From a virus (taxonomy: Duplodnaviria; Caudoviricetes): a stretch of DNA of 62,796 nucleotides. Location: IMG/VR virus record IMGVR_UViG_3300012971_000022, positions 1 through 62,796 of that record, one strand, 5' to 3'. This document shows, in pieces, positions 19,588-28,860 of this stretch. Within the stretch, counting starts at the first letter, position 1, and each line of letters starts with the position of its first letter. A model generated the notes under the pieces. It did no database searches, had not been told where the DNA came from, and saw only the letters and a program-made list of their open reading frames with translations. The translations under genes were made by a program, and so were the position numbers.

Positions 19588-20402
19588 TTCATCGAGTTCT
19601 TATAACCAGTGGTTCCACCCATCATCATGTTGAAGTTGGGTTGCGACTGGAGCGGAGTGAAACCGGCCTGCTGAGTCTGTGGAATTGAACCCGGCGTAAT
19701 CCCCGACATGGTCGGCGGCACTTGCGGCTGCGCTACCTGCTGGGTCATTCCGGTTGGTACCCCGTACCCGCTTGGCGGCGGAGTGAATCCTCCGGGCGTA
19801 TTGAATGATGGAGTCGACGCGTACATCGGGTACGCGGTGGACGAGAAGCCGCCCAGTGGCGGGTATCCCCCCGATGTCCCCGGTCCGTAACCTCCGCCCC
19901 CTCCGCCTCCTCCTGACGACTGGGGCGTCGAAGACAGGGTTGGCGTCCCGGAAGTTCCCCCCACCATCGTGCCACCACCCGGTTGCTGGGCGAGGTTCCA
20001 ACTCCCGGGCAGGTTTACCGCGTCGGGAGCTACCGCTTGCGCGGGCGGAGGAGGTGGTGGCGGGGGTGGGGGTGGAGGAGGCGGTGGTGGAGGGGGAGGT
20101 GGCGCGGGTGGTGGCGGCGCAGGAGGGGGTGCTGGTGGAGGCGGTGGGGGAGGCGGCGGAGGAGGTGGGGCTCCATCCGTGCTCAATTGCCCGCCACCCG
20201 ACAAAAGCGCGTACGCCTGCGCGGGGCTCAGCGCGGCCTGCTGGGCCGGGGTCAGAGCGTTGACCGGTGCATAGTACTGCTGGACCTGCTGCTGTAGCTG
20301 CGGCGACCAGTTTTGGGGCAAACCCGACAGGTCAACAGTTGGCAACCCGCCGTAGATGCCGGAAGCGACACTGGTTGCGGTTGATTTCTTCTTGACGGCC
20401 AT
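19584..20402 (-). CDS. Polyproline-rich protein
   Basis: Abuts both neighbours; tract of about 40 residues that is almost all Pro. Confidence 0.7.
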   Translation of the reverse strand: MAVKKKSTATSVASGIYGGLPTVDLSGLPQNWSPQLQQQVQQYYAPVNALTPAQQAALSPAQAYALLSGGGQLSTDGAPPPPPPPPPPPPAPPPAPPPPAPPPPPPPPPPPPPPPPPPPPAQAVAPDAVNLPGSWNLAQQPGGGTMVGGTSGTPTLSSTPQSSGGGGGGGGYGPGTSGGYPPLGGFSSTAYPMYASTPSFNTPGGFTPPPSGYGVPTGMTQQVAQPQVPPTMSGITPGSIPQTQQAGFTPLQSQPNFNMMMGGTTGYKNSMK

Positions 20403-21524
20403 CTATTTGGCCGAGCCGCCGGGTTGGGTTGAGACCTGAAAGCCCTGCGATCCGCCCCCCGAGATGGGGCTGACCAACCCCGCTCCCATCTGCAGCATCT
20501 GGTAGGGCGACATCTGGTTCTGGAAGATCGTGTTGAGCACGTTCTGGGCTTGCTGCTGTTGCTGCCCGCCGACGTCGAGCAGTTGGCCTGAGGGTCCGTA
20601 CGCGGCCTGCGAGAGACCCGGCGCTCCGTAGATGGCCTGCTGCTGCGGCGAGAGCAGGCTCGGAATCTGGCCTTGCGCCTGAAGCTGCGGACCGTACATG
20701 CCGGGAATGAGTCCTGCGGCTCCCTGCTGCACGCCCGCGATACCCTGCTGGGCTTGGATGGCCTGCTCCTCGGGCGCGAGCAGTCCCGCCGCCTGTCCGA
20801 TCGCGCCTTGCTGGAGTTGGCGCTCCTGCTGGTAGGCGGGCTCGATGACGTTGGCGGTGTACTGCCCCATGTTGCGGGCCAAGGTGTCCATCGCGGTCTT
20901 GGTACCGGACTCCAGCGTTCCGCCGCCCAAGCCGCCGCCCGAGACCGCAGAGCCGATGAGTGATGGCATGACTGCGTTCTGGAAGTTCTGCACCATCGGG
21001 TCCAAGCCCGCTTGCAGGTAACTTTGCAGCGCGGTGTTCTTGGACGGATCGAGGTATTGGCCCGAGATGGTCGCTTGGTTGGCGGCTTGCGCCGCGCGCA
21101 TGGTCGGGTCGTTGAGCAAGCCGAGATTGGCCTGCGTGATTTGCTGCATGGCCGGGTCTTGCCCGGTGGCCATGCCGGAGAGCGCGCCGATGGCGGAGTT
21201 AATCGCGGGGGTTCCGCCAATCAGGCTCTGCGCGCCGCCGAGCGCCGCGTTGACGTAGGGATTCTGCCCGGTGGCGAATTGCTGGTTGGCCTGCTGCGCG
21301 GCGCTGAGATAGCCCTGCTGCTGCCCGGTGAGCGCCTCGACATTCTGCATCGCGGCCAGCTGGTCGGGAGTGAGCGCGGCAGTCTGCTGCTGCGGATACG
21401 GACCACCACCGAACAGGCCCTGCGCCTGCGATTCGAACTGCTTGGCCAGCGGGAGTTCCCACTTGGGCAAGCCTTGCTTTGTCGATGTCGTGGAAGTGCC
21501 GCCGGACCCCGAGCCACCGCCCAT
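20403..21524 (-). CDS. DNA transfer/ejection protein
   Basis: MGGGSGSGGTSTT...LP.W...YP....A.LTPDQ...NPY pattern of podovirus ejection proteins; GAGGTG RBS. Confidence 0.75.
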   Translation of the reverse strand: MGGGSGSGGTSTTSTKQGLPKWELPLAKQFESQAQGLFGGGPYPQQQTAALTPDQLAAMQNVEALTGQQQGYLSAAQQANQQFATGQNPYVNAALGGAQSLIGGTPAINSAIGALSGMATGQDPAMQQITQANLGLLNDPTMRAAQAANQATISGQYLDPSKNTALQSYLQAGLDPMVQNFQNAVMPSLIGSAVSGGGLGGGTLESGTKTAMDTLARNMGQYTANVIEPAYQQERQLQQGAIGQAAGLLAPEEQAIQAQQGIAGVQQGAAGLIPGMYGPQLQAQGQIPSLLSPQQQAIYGAPGLSQAAYGPSGQLLDVGGQQQQQAQNVLNTIFQNQMSPYQMLQMGAGLVSPISGGGSQGFQVSTQPGGSAK

Positions 21525-21586
21525 GGGTACACCTCGGCGGGGCGGCGACCCGCACGAATGCAAGGAACACTAAATGGCTTGCAGTG

Positions 21587-22258
21587 TCAAACGACCTGAT
21601 AGTAAGTCGTGTGACTTTTGGTCCAACCGAGGTGTTCGAGCTTGCGATAGGAGTAGGTAACTACCCGCCAGCCGCCGTTGGCCTTGGTCCACATGCGGAC
21701 GTACTCCATCAGCTGATCGCGCGCGCCGTCGACGTCATCGCGTTCATCTCGTTCATTTAACGGGATATCCCACGCGTCCCACACCACGAACTCAAGCTGG
21801 CCGTACTGATCCTTGTTGAGCGACCCTATTAGCCAGCCCAGCGCTTTCTCGTTGCGCGAGACTATCCAGCAGACGTGGTGGCTGGAGTCCGGGTAGCGCA
21901 GCGCCGCGTACACGTCTTCGGGAATCCACGAGGTCGATTCGCGCGGCCTGATCCTTTTCAGGATGTCGTCGCACCCGCGCTTCATGAACTGCCAGTTGCC
22001 GTGCAGGTTATCCGGGGTGACCTGCTGGATGAGCAGGTTGCGGATGGTGGGCGACTTCTGCGGCGGTGGGACGACGCGCTGGTTGAACGATTCTATGTCC
22101 AGCCCGTGCTGGTGGAGATCGAGAAAGCGGTTGGCGTAGACCGGGTCTTCTAGGAATGCTTGAGGACCCGCTTCCTGAACGCCTTGCTCTGCGTTTCGTA
22201 TTCCTCCGACGCGGTCGGAAGTTTCACCGGTCCCTTCGCGGGGTTCTTCGGGTCCCAT
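21587..22258 (-). CDS. GNAT-fold-like virion assembly protein (start uncertain)
   Basis: GWLI...FVVW.AW...AN.G..V.TYS.R..GW pattern; position before the ejection gene. Confidence 0.55.
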   Translation of the reverse strand: MGPEEPREGTGETSDRVGGIRNAEQGVQEAGPQAFLEDPVYANRFLDLHQHGLDIESFNQRVVPPPQKSPTIRNLLIQQVTPDNLHGNWQFMKRGCDDILKRIRPRESTSWIPEDVYAALRYPDSSHHVCWIVSRNEKALGWLIGSLNKDQYGQLEFVVWDAWDIPLNERDERDDVDGARDQLMEYVRMWTKANGGWRVVTYSYRKLEHLGWTKSHTTYYQVV

Positions 22259-22779
22259 GCCGATCCCACCTGCCCGTCGTATTCTTCGTGAGTCTCTTCC
22301 GCCTGCTTGCTTATCGTCTCGACAGCGGTCTCCGCAAGGTAAGCCGCCTCCTCGTCGCCGCCGGTAAGTACCTCGTGTTTGATAGTCACCTTGCCGCCTT
22401 CTGCCATCGCCTGCATGACCGTGTCGAGCTTGGCCTCAGTGCGATCTAGTTGCTCACTGAGCGACCCGATCAATGCTTCTTGCCTCTCCAGATGGCGCAT
22501 CAAGGGATTCACATTCTGTAATGTCTTAACTATGGTCTCCGTCCCGGCGACGAGGTGGGCAAACTTCGATTCGTCCTTGGTCATGGCCGCGCGCAGGTCG
22601 AGCAGCACGGTCATCTCGAACAGTTCGCGCGGGGTGAAGGTGATGCCCGCATCGATCATCTTGACCACCATCATGCGGGTCTCCAGCGGGGTCTGCGCGG
22701 ACATGAACTCGGTGAGGCCCCAGATGCGCTCGACCTCTTTCTGCGGGAGCTTCGGCTCAGTCTTTTTCAGGTCGTTCAT
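22150..22779 (-). CDS. Coiled-coil hypothetical protein
   Basis: 209 aa helical ORF on the late strand. Confidence 0.7.
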   Translation of the reverse strand: MNDLKKTEPKLPQKEVERIWGLTEFMSAQTPLETRMMVVKMIDAGITFTPRELFEMTVLLDLRAAMTKDESKFAHLVAGTETIVKTLQNVNPLMRHLERQEALIGSLSEQLDRTEAKLDTVMQAMAEGGKVTIKHEVLTGGDEEAAYLAETAVETISKQAEETHEEYDGQVGSAWDPKNPAKGPVKLPTASEEYETQSKAFRKRVLKHS

Positions 22780-22877
22780 CGGAACACTCGCCCGCGAATT
22801 ATCAGGCTTGCGATTACGATGCCCACGGTTACGCCGCTAACAAATCCTGCCGCCCACATCAGTCTTTCTCAGGTCGC

Positions 22878-23093
22878 TCATTCCAGATTCGGGAGAAATA
22901 CCCGCTCCTCGATGGTGAGGTGGATTTCTTTCAATTCGATCCGCTTGAACTCAGCGTCATCGACCAAGAATGGAAACGCCTTCTTCAGCGCTACGGCACG
23001 ATTGGATTCGTTTATCAAAAGTGCTTTTCGCCAATCACCGCAGCGCATGGTTACCCCGTAGAACTTGAGCGCGCTGGCGGGCAGGTCGCTCAT
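22878..23093 (-). CDS. Hypothetical protein
   Basis: ATGA-coupled to the oxygenase stop (MSDLPASALKFY...). Confidence 0.6.
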   Translation of the reverse strand: MSDLPASALKFYGVTMRCGDWRKALLINESNRAVALKKAFPFLVDDAEFKRIELKEIHLTIEERVFLPNLE

Positions 23094-23644
23094 CGAAACC
23101 ACGCCGTCACGATGTACTTGCTGCCGCGCAGGACCGGCGCACCCCCGTGCAGCGCCAGCGGGTGCGGTCGCTGCTCGTTGCCGAGATTGTGCCACATGAC
23201 CGCCAGTCCCGCACGCGGGACAATCCCCACACTTATCTCGGGGAAGGTGGTCTCGCCGCCGTCCTCGACCTCGTTTAGGTAAATCATCCCGGTCCACGTC
23301 CGCTGCCCGCGCCCGGTGACGTGGCGGCGGTGCTCCAGCGTGCCGAGATGAAACGCGTCCCAGTGCGGAACGTAGTACTCGCCCTTCTCGTAGCGCTGGC
23401 CCTGCAGTCCCTCGCAGCGCTCCTGCGGGATCATGAGCAGGAAGGCGATGCGCCGCTCGACGTCCAGCACCAGCGGGTGGTTGAGTTGGTTTAGGTCCGC
23501 GCTCGAAGCCTTGCGATATTCCTCACCCCCGGTGTCGAGCTTGGCCGGGTGCGAGTGCGCGTCGATAAGCTCGCGCAGGACCCGGCATTCGTCCGGGGTG
23601 AGGAACTCGGGGCAGAAGCTTAAGTGAAACAGGCGTTCACTCAA
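23090..23644 (-). CDS. 2OG-Fe(II) oxygenase, prolyl 4-hydroxylase type
   Basis: FLTPDEC, E.LQ.QRY..G.YY.PHWD, GQRTWT.MIYLN.V..GGET.FP, LH.G.PV..G.KY..T.W.R. Confidence 0.92.
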   Translation of the reverse strand: MSERLFHLSFCPEFLTPDECRVLRELIDAHSHPAKLDTGGEEYRKASSADLNQLNHPLVLDVERRIAFLLMIPQERCEGLQGQRYEKGEYYVPHWDAFHLGTLEHRRHVTGRGQRTWTGMIYLNEVEDGGETTFPEISVGIVPRAGLAVMWHNLGNEQRPHPLALHGGAPVLRGSKYIVTAWFR

Positions 23645-23816
23645 TGGACTTGGGGTCGGGCGCTTGGGCCGGGTTCTGCAACCTTACCCCGGTGGTCGGC
23701 GTCGCGGTCGGAGTGGGCTTCTTCTTGTGGCGGCGCGCCTGCGCGAAACCGGTCGACCACAGCATCACGAACACGGTGACCGCCACCACCCACAGCACGA
23801 TTACTGACTTAGCCAT
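23637..23816 (-). CDS. Small secreted/membrane PT-rich peptide
   Basis: Hydrophobic N-terminus ending AQA, then RRHKKKPTPTATPTT. Confidence 0.6.
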   Translation of the reverse strand: MAKSVIVLWVVAVTVFVMLWSTGFAQARRHKKKPTPTATPTTGVRLQNPAQAPDPKSIE

Positions 23817-25465
23817 GACCCGCCCCCGTCCCATGTTCCGTTCCTCCAGTGATCTTCCTGTGTCGGTCCGCCGTACGCGCGCGGGTAAACGTAGTTGATT
23901 TCCATTTCGTCGCACAAGCGCGAGAGCGCATCCAGCTGGTCGCGACAGCGCGGGTTGAACGGCCACTTGTCGTATTCAACTTCCCTGAACCTCTTGGTGA
24001 GGTCCACCTCCTGCCCATCGCGCCTGCGGCGCAGCAGGGTCTCCGGGAACAGAATGTCGCCGTTGCGGAATTTTGGAATCAGTCTTTCGATGCGCGCGTC
24101 CTTGGCCTGCATGCCGCCGATTTCTTGGATGGTGAAGAGGTAGTTTTCCCGGTTCTGCCGTTCGCGGAGATGTTCGATGTCGGACTGGAATGCGTATTGC
24201 TCGTAGACGACTTTGAGAGGTTCGTACTTCCGGACCAGATCAAAGAGCGTGTCTGCCCGTTCCGCAAGCGAAAGGTTATCCAGCACTCCGTCAATGACGC
24301 GCCACTTGCGATCGGCTCCAGCTGCGACCACCCAGAGTGCGAACTGTGAATTTGAATCAGCACGCCTGCCAGCGGGGTCCACGAGTATGTAACGGTTGAG
24401 ACTCTTGACGTTGAGGTCGCCCCGGTAGGTTTTGAACCACGCTGATTCGAACCCAATCTCGTGCGCCTCCTGAGCTTTCTTCGGGTCGAGCAGAAACTGC
24501 AGGGCGAAAATCTTGGGCGACATCTTCTGCTTGAAGTCGGCGAGCTTGGTCTCCGAGAAAAAGACCGGCGCGCCGTTCAAGTTGACCGCCGGGTGCAGCC
24601 GCAGCTTGAACACCCCGTTGCTCATGTAGTCGCACACCGTGTCGCCGATTTCCTGCGGGGTCCCAATGAGGCGCATGACCGGCGGATCACTGGCGGTGAG
24701 CGCGAAGCTGTTCTGCAGTTCCCGGGTGGTCTTCTGGATCATCTCCTCCGATATCTGATCCCGGGCCACGACGTCATCGTAGAGAAGGATCGAAAACCGT
24801 TTCGAAGTCGGTTGCCCGTCGATGAGACCCCACGCTTCGATTGTCGATTCCTTGATGTTACTCTTGCGCTTGACGATGATGCCGTCGTCGACCGACCACT
24901 TGATGCTTTCGCGCCGGGGTTGCTCATAGAGCACTTCGGGAAACAGGGACTTGAGATCATCGTTGGTTTCGAACTCCACCATGATCAGCCGCAGGAACTG
25001 TTTCGCCATGGGGCGATTGTGCGAAAAGATCCCTATTGTCTCATTCGCATCCCGCAGGATGTCCTGAATCGGCTGTGCGAAGGTGAGTATCTCACTCTTG
25101 GCGTGCTCACGCGCCCAGACATCGATGCACCCGTTGGGGCATGCCTGCACCTCGGTGCACCGCGCATGATACCATTCCGCGATTCGCTGCTTATGCTCTG
25201 GGGACAGGCCAGCCTGTTTGGGATTCTCTCCCGTCCAGTGCGTGCGGTGCAGGATGTAGCGGCCCAAGAAAAAAAGATCGTGTAGCGCCATCCAGCGCAG
25301 GTGCTCGTAGCGCATGCCCTCGCTGCAGTGCTGGAAGGAGTCCCAGAACAGCGCCGCTTCCTCGTAGGAGCGGGACAGGTGCGGCTCCGGGTGGGTGGTA
25401 CAGGGCCGGTGCTGCAAGAGCGCCGTGCGCAGGTCGCGCAGCATCGGGTTCTGGTTAACCGCCAT
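23801..25465 (-). CDS. terL: Terminase large subunit
   Basis: WAREHAKS Walker A variant, LLYDDVV Walker B, IGTP, YILVDPAG nuclease Asp, DQLDALS. Confidence 0.92.
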   Translation of the reverse strand: MAVNQNPMLRDLRTALLQHRPCTTHPEPHLSRSYEEAALFWDSFQHCSEGMRYEHLRWMALHDLFFLGRYILHRTHWTGENPKQAGLSPEHKQRIAEWYHARCTEVQACPNGCIDVWAREHAKSEILTFAQPIQDILRDANETIGIFSHNRPMAKQFLRLIMVEFETNDDLKSLFPEVLYEQPRRESIKWSVDDGIIVKRKSNIKESTIEAWGLIDGQPTSKRFSILLYDDVVARDQISEEMIQKTTRELQNSFALTASDPPVMRLIGTPQEIGDTVCDYMSNGVFKLRLHPAVNLNGAPVFFSETKLADFKQKMSPKIFALQFLLDPKKAQEAHEIGFESAWFKTYRGDLNVKSLNRYILVDPAGRRADSNSQFALWVVAAGADRKWRVIDGVLDNLSLAERADTLFDLVRKYEPLKVVYEQYAFQSDIEHLRERQNRENYLFTIQEIGGMQAKDARIERLIPKFRNGDILFPETLLRRRRDGQEVDLTKRFREVEYDKWPFNPRCRDQLDALSRLCDEMEINYVYPRAYGGPTQEDHWRNGTWDGGGSWLSQ

Positions 25466-25976
25466 CTTTCTCGATCTCGTTGATTGCTTCCAAGACCCGG
25501 TTCTTGGCCTCCGGGTACTTCTCCAGCGCGCGCGACACCACCTGTATCACCCGCCCCGCAAAGGTCCGCTGCAACCTCGGGTCCAGCCGGTCGTAGAGGC
25601 CGAGCATGCGGTTTTTCTGGTCCAGACACCCGCGCCACTCGCGGGTCCCCAGCGCCCAGCCCTTGATGTCCGGGGCGCGGGTCCAGACTCCCTCGGCGTC
25701 GCGTTCGCCCTGCGAATACTCAATCAGCCGCTTGCACTCCATGATGCACTCGTCGTGCTCCATGAAGACCACCGAGGGGTCCATCTTGGTCTGGATGACT
25801 TCTATCGATGGAATCACCGCCGGGACCATCGACATGTGGTAGTCGCGGTGCCACGCCAGCTGGTCGTCCTGCAGGGTGTAGCGCGAGCCGATGAACTTGA
25901 GCCGCCCCCCGAGCCTGAGCGCCTTCTCAATCGCATCGCGCTGCGGGTGCCCGCAGACCTCGCACTTCGCTGCCAT
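25455..25976 (-). CDS. Putative terminase small subunit
   Basis: Directly upstream of terL; CEVCGH..R.AIE.AL..G...H...H zinc/HTH N-terminus. Confidence 0.55.
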   Translation of the reverse strand: MAAKCEVCGHPQRDAIEKALRLGGRLKFIGSRYTLQDDQLAWHRDYHMSMVPAVIPSIEVIQTKMDPSVVFMEHDECIMECKRLIEYSQGERDAEGVWTRAPDIKGWALGTREWRGCLDQKNRMLGLYDRLDPRLQRTFAGRVIQVVSRALEKYPEAKNRVLEAINEIEKDGG

Positions 25977-26185
25977 CAGCGGAGCCTCGGAATCTGTAGC
26001 GGTAGCGCCAGCACGCCCAATGCCTGCAACAGGATCAGGATCAGGATGAGGCCCAAGATGGCCCGCACCACCGTCCGGATGGGCGCGGCCAGCGGAAACA
26101 GCCCCACCACCCAGTCGATGACGTAGAAAATCAGCCCCAGAATGAGGAGGTATATGAGCAGAGAGATCAGTCCGCCGACTGCCAT
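25976..26185 (-). CDS. Small two-TM membrane protein (Thivi_2564-like)
   Basis: LISLLIYLLILGLIFYVI...P..APIRTVV hairpin pattern. Confidence 0.65.
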   Translation of the reverse strand: MAVGGLISLLIYLLILGLIFYVIDWVVGLFPLAAPIRTVVRAILGLILILILLQALGVLALPLQIPRLR

Positions 26186-26192
26186 CGCTGCC

Positions 26193-26519
26193 TCAGGTCA
26201 ACTGGTTCCTCGCCCACACAACCGCCTCGGCGTGGCGCTCCAGCGCCATCTCCCACGTCGGGGAGCGCTCAAACGGCGCATCCTCCACCACCTCCCGGTT
26301 CTTGCCCTCGGTGCGGAACACCAAGGTCTCGAACAGCCGGGGCGGGCCGACCTCAAGCCAGTTGTGGTCCAAGCCCAGAAACACCGTGCTTACCCAGTAC
26401 GGCCCCACGTCCTCCTGCCTGACGATGCGCGCCTGATCGTTCGCATCCACCCACCGCGCCCATGTGAGGAGGTCTTCACACGGGACCGGGATCTTTCCGT
26501 CCAGTATGTAGCGTCTCAG
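26193..26519 (-). CDS. Conserved phage hypothetical protein (start unclear)
   Basis: RYILDGK.PVPC.DL..WA.W...VSTVFLGLDH...P.LFET.VF...R..TW..A...H. Confidence 0.7.
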   Translation of the reverse strand: MRRYILDGKIPVPCEDLLTWARWVDANDQARIVRQEDVGPYWVSTVFLGLDHNWLEVGPPRLFETLVFRTEGKNREVVEDAPFERSPTWEMALERHAEAVVWARNQLT

Positions 26520-26624
26520 TGTGTACGCGGGACGTCGTCGTGGTCGTGGTCTTCGCGATGATGCCCCGCTCTTAGTCCAGTCTTTACTTTCATTGGTTTT
26601 CCCTCTTTAGCAGCTTTAGCTGGT

Positions 26625-27041
26625 TTAACAGGTACAGGTCTTCCCGCCCAAGCGCAGCGCGCAGGAGCGGTGGTGAAGCTCCGCGCCAATCTGACAGCCA
26701 CCGAGCCTGTAACCGACTTGGTGCGGCCGGGTCATCCCGCATCCGTCGCAGTGGTAGTAGCGCCCGAAATCCTGCTCCTCCCAGACGTGGGTGTGCCCTT
26801 CCGGCGGGGTCTGGCACTCGCGCATCGAGCGCTCCATCCACTCTCCCTGCCCGTCATCAAGGTTGCTCTGTGGGTGAACGTAATGGTGGATGCCGGGTTC
26901 CCCTGCCATGTCGCTCCTCTCCTTTATCTCCCCGGTCTCCAAGAAATGCCGGGTTATCCGGTCCGCTTCCTGAATCTCCCGCAGGAGCCTCCGGTAACGC
27001 TCCGCCTCATCCTTACCAAAGAGATAGGTCCAGCGCCCCAT
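26625..27041 (-). CDS. Cys/His-rich hypothetical protein
   Basis: 138 aa ORF with several Cys/His clusters. Confidence 0.6.
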   Translation of the reverse strand: MGRWTYLFGKDEAERYRRLLREIQEADRITRHFLETGEIKERSDMAGEPGIHHYVHPQSNLDDGQGEWMERSMRECQTPPEGHTHVWEEQDFGRYYHCDGCGMTRPHQVGYRLGGCQIGAELHHRSCALRLGGKTCTC

Positions 27042-27056
27042 CAGAACTTCCGCCCC

Positions 27057-27341
27057 CTAACGTCTCTCCGGCCCAATCCCTTGGTGGTCGGTACCTTGAA
27101 ACTTTTCCTGCCAACGCCCCGAAGCCCGGACTTCCTTCCGCGCGGGGGATTTCCAGAGATTTGCCGTGCCATATGGCCACCCCAACGTCACTTGCTCTCC
27201 CAACCGGTACTTCCGCACCCGCTCCCGCACTACCTCCGGCGCAAACCACTCATCCTTGCGCCGGTCCACCAGCCACGCCACTCTCGGCGGTGCCTTAACA
27301 CCCATACAACTCCACCGAGTCAAAATCATCGTCCTCGGCAA
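27057..27341 (-). CDS. Hypothetical protein
   Basis: Fills the gap in the late-strand gene run. Confidence 0.4.
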   Translation of the reverse strand: MPRTMILTRWSCMGVKAPPRVAWLVDRRKDEWFAPEVVRERVRKYRLGEQVTLGWPYGTANLWKSPARKEVRASGRWQEKFQGTDHQGIGPERR

Positions 27342-27566
27342 ATATCAACAGGTACGCTACTGCCATTGCTTCTCACCACTCCCAGAACTTCATGACCAAT
27401 ATGCCCAGAATTCCCAGCGCCAACCAAAACGAGATGGCGTCAGGCCCCATCCGCCAAAACCTCCGCCTCCCCGGTACCCCTCCCCACTCCTCCACACTCA
27501 GCGCCTCCCTTACCTGCACCAACGCCCCCCACCCATGATCCCCCAACTTGCGCGTCTTGCGCCCCC

Positions 27567-27711
27567 CTACTTGAGCACCCATACCTTCATCCTCCTCTCC
27601 AACTCTCTCTCCAACTGCTTCAACCTCCTACTCACAAGCAACAACCATAGCGCAAATACCACCACCAATACCCACGGTACCACCAACAACGCCAATACCA
27701 CCCAATCCTCT
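27567..27711 (-). CDS. Small membrane protein (start approximate)
   Basis: One TM helix followed by a charged helix. Confidence 0.5.
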
Positions 27712-28535
27712 ACCCCGCTCAAAGGGACCCCAAGATGTTTTCGGAAAACGGTGCATAAGGGCGAGGAGGGTATGCATGAGGCAAAAAGGGGACCCCAAGT
27801 GCCAAAGCGGGTGTGGGGGTAAGGCATCCCCGGGCAGGGGGACCCTTGCTACCAAATCTGCAGGCACGCTGATTATACAATTTGATAATCTCACAAATAT
27901 CAAATCAGCTAGCAAGATAGCAGGTTGCTATCGATTCTGCTAACACGCGAGCAAGGCACTATGCGTCTTGCTATCATTTCTGCATATCCGCTGATTATCA
28001 TATTCCATAATATCGAGATATCAGAATGACTACATTTTCCCTGCCAGAACGCGTGAGAGCGTCGGCCGAGATGCTACGATACCACTACTCCAAAATCAAC
28101 CCATCCGCTTCGCGCAATTGGCATCGGCACGGACCACGGGTGCCTAACTATACTCGCAATAATGTGTATTGTCAGGAGCAAGTCAGGAGAAACGCACGGA
28201 AACGGGCTTCTCAGGCATTTGTAGGATTTTGCTACAGGCAATGAAATCAAGGGTTTTCGCTGTTTGTTCGGGGGGTTTAGGGTGTTGTGGCACCCTTTTG
28301 TAAGTAGCTGATATTGTTGGATAATTTTTTGGGATTAAAACGCGTCCTAGAGGCTCTATGCGGCCGTTGTCTATCTGAGATATACAAGACGATTATCCGC
28401 CCCAACATCTATATAGCTGCCCGTTTGAGTACTCGGGATTCCTGACTTTCTCACCACGATCATTATATGCGGCCGCGATAGCTGCCCGGGTGACTGTAGG
28501 CAGGCTGCTATCCTATTTGACTCTCATCTTGGGTA

Positions 28536-28564
28536 TTGACTCGATATCAGTCACATGGGATAAT
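28536..28564 (+). promoter_or_regulatory. Sigma70-like early promoter with palindromic spacer
   Basis: TTGACT-17bp-GATAAT with TGn extension; TGACT-CGATATC-AGTCA inverted repeat. Confidence 0.7.
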
Positions 28565-28596
28565 GCGCTTGAGTCTCTTATGACTCGGGAGAACAT

Positions 28597-28854
28597 ATGA
28601 CCGCTCAAAAGCCTTTCAATGGGATGGCGGACGCACACTTGCTGTCTGCCCGCGTGACTTACGACGCATGCGCGCGATCCTTTAAACGCGCGCAACGTCG
28701 GCACGATCGCGAGCAGGAGCGCGGAGCGTCCGATATCAGCGTCCGTCAAACCCGCAAGATGTATTTCGCGGCCGAAGCCTTGAGACGAGCAGGCTTTGCG
28801 CTGGCCACGGCCGAGCAATCGGTCAAATTCTGGACTCGCAAGGCAGGGGAGTAA
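28597..28854 (+). CDS. Early hypothetical protein
   Basis: GGGAG RBS, first ORF after the promoter. Confidence 0.7.
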   Translation: MTAQKPFNGMADAHLLSARVTYDACARSFKRAQRRHDREQERGASDISVRQTRKMYFAAEALRRAGFALATAEQSVKFWTRKAGE

Positions 28855-28860
28855 CCAACA

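Noticed and set aside
28026-28244. 72-aa ORF in the divergent gap
   Set aside because: No RBS or motif, atypical composition, upstream of the first clear promoter
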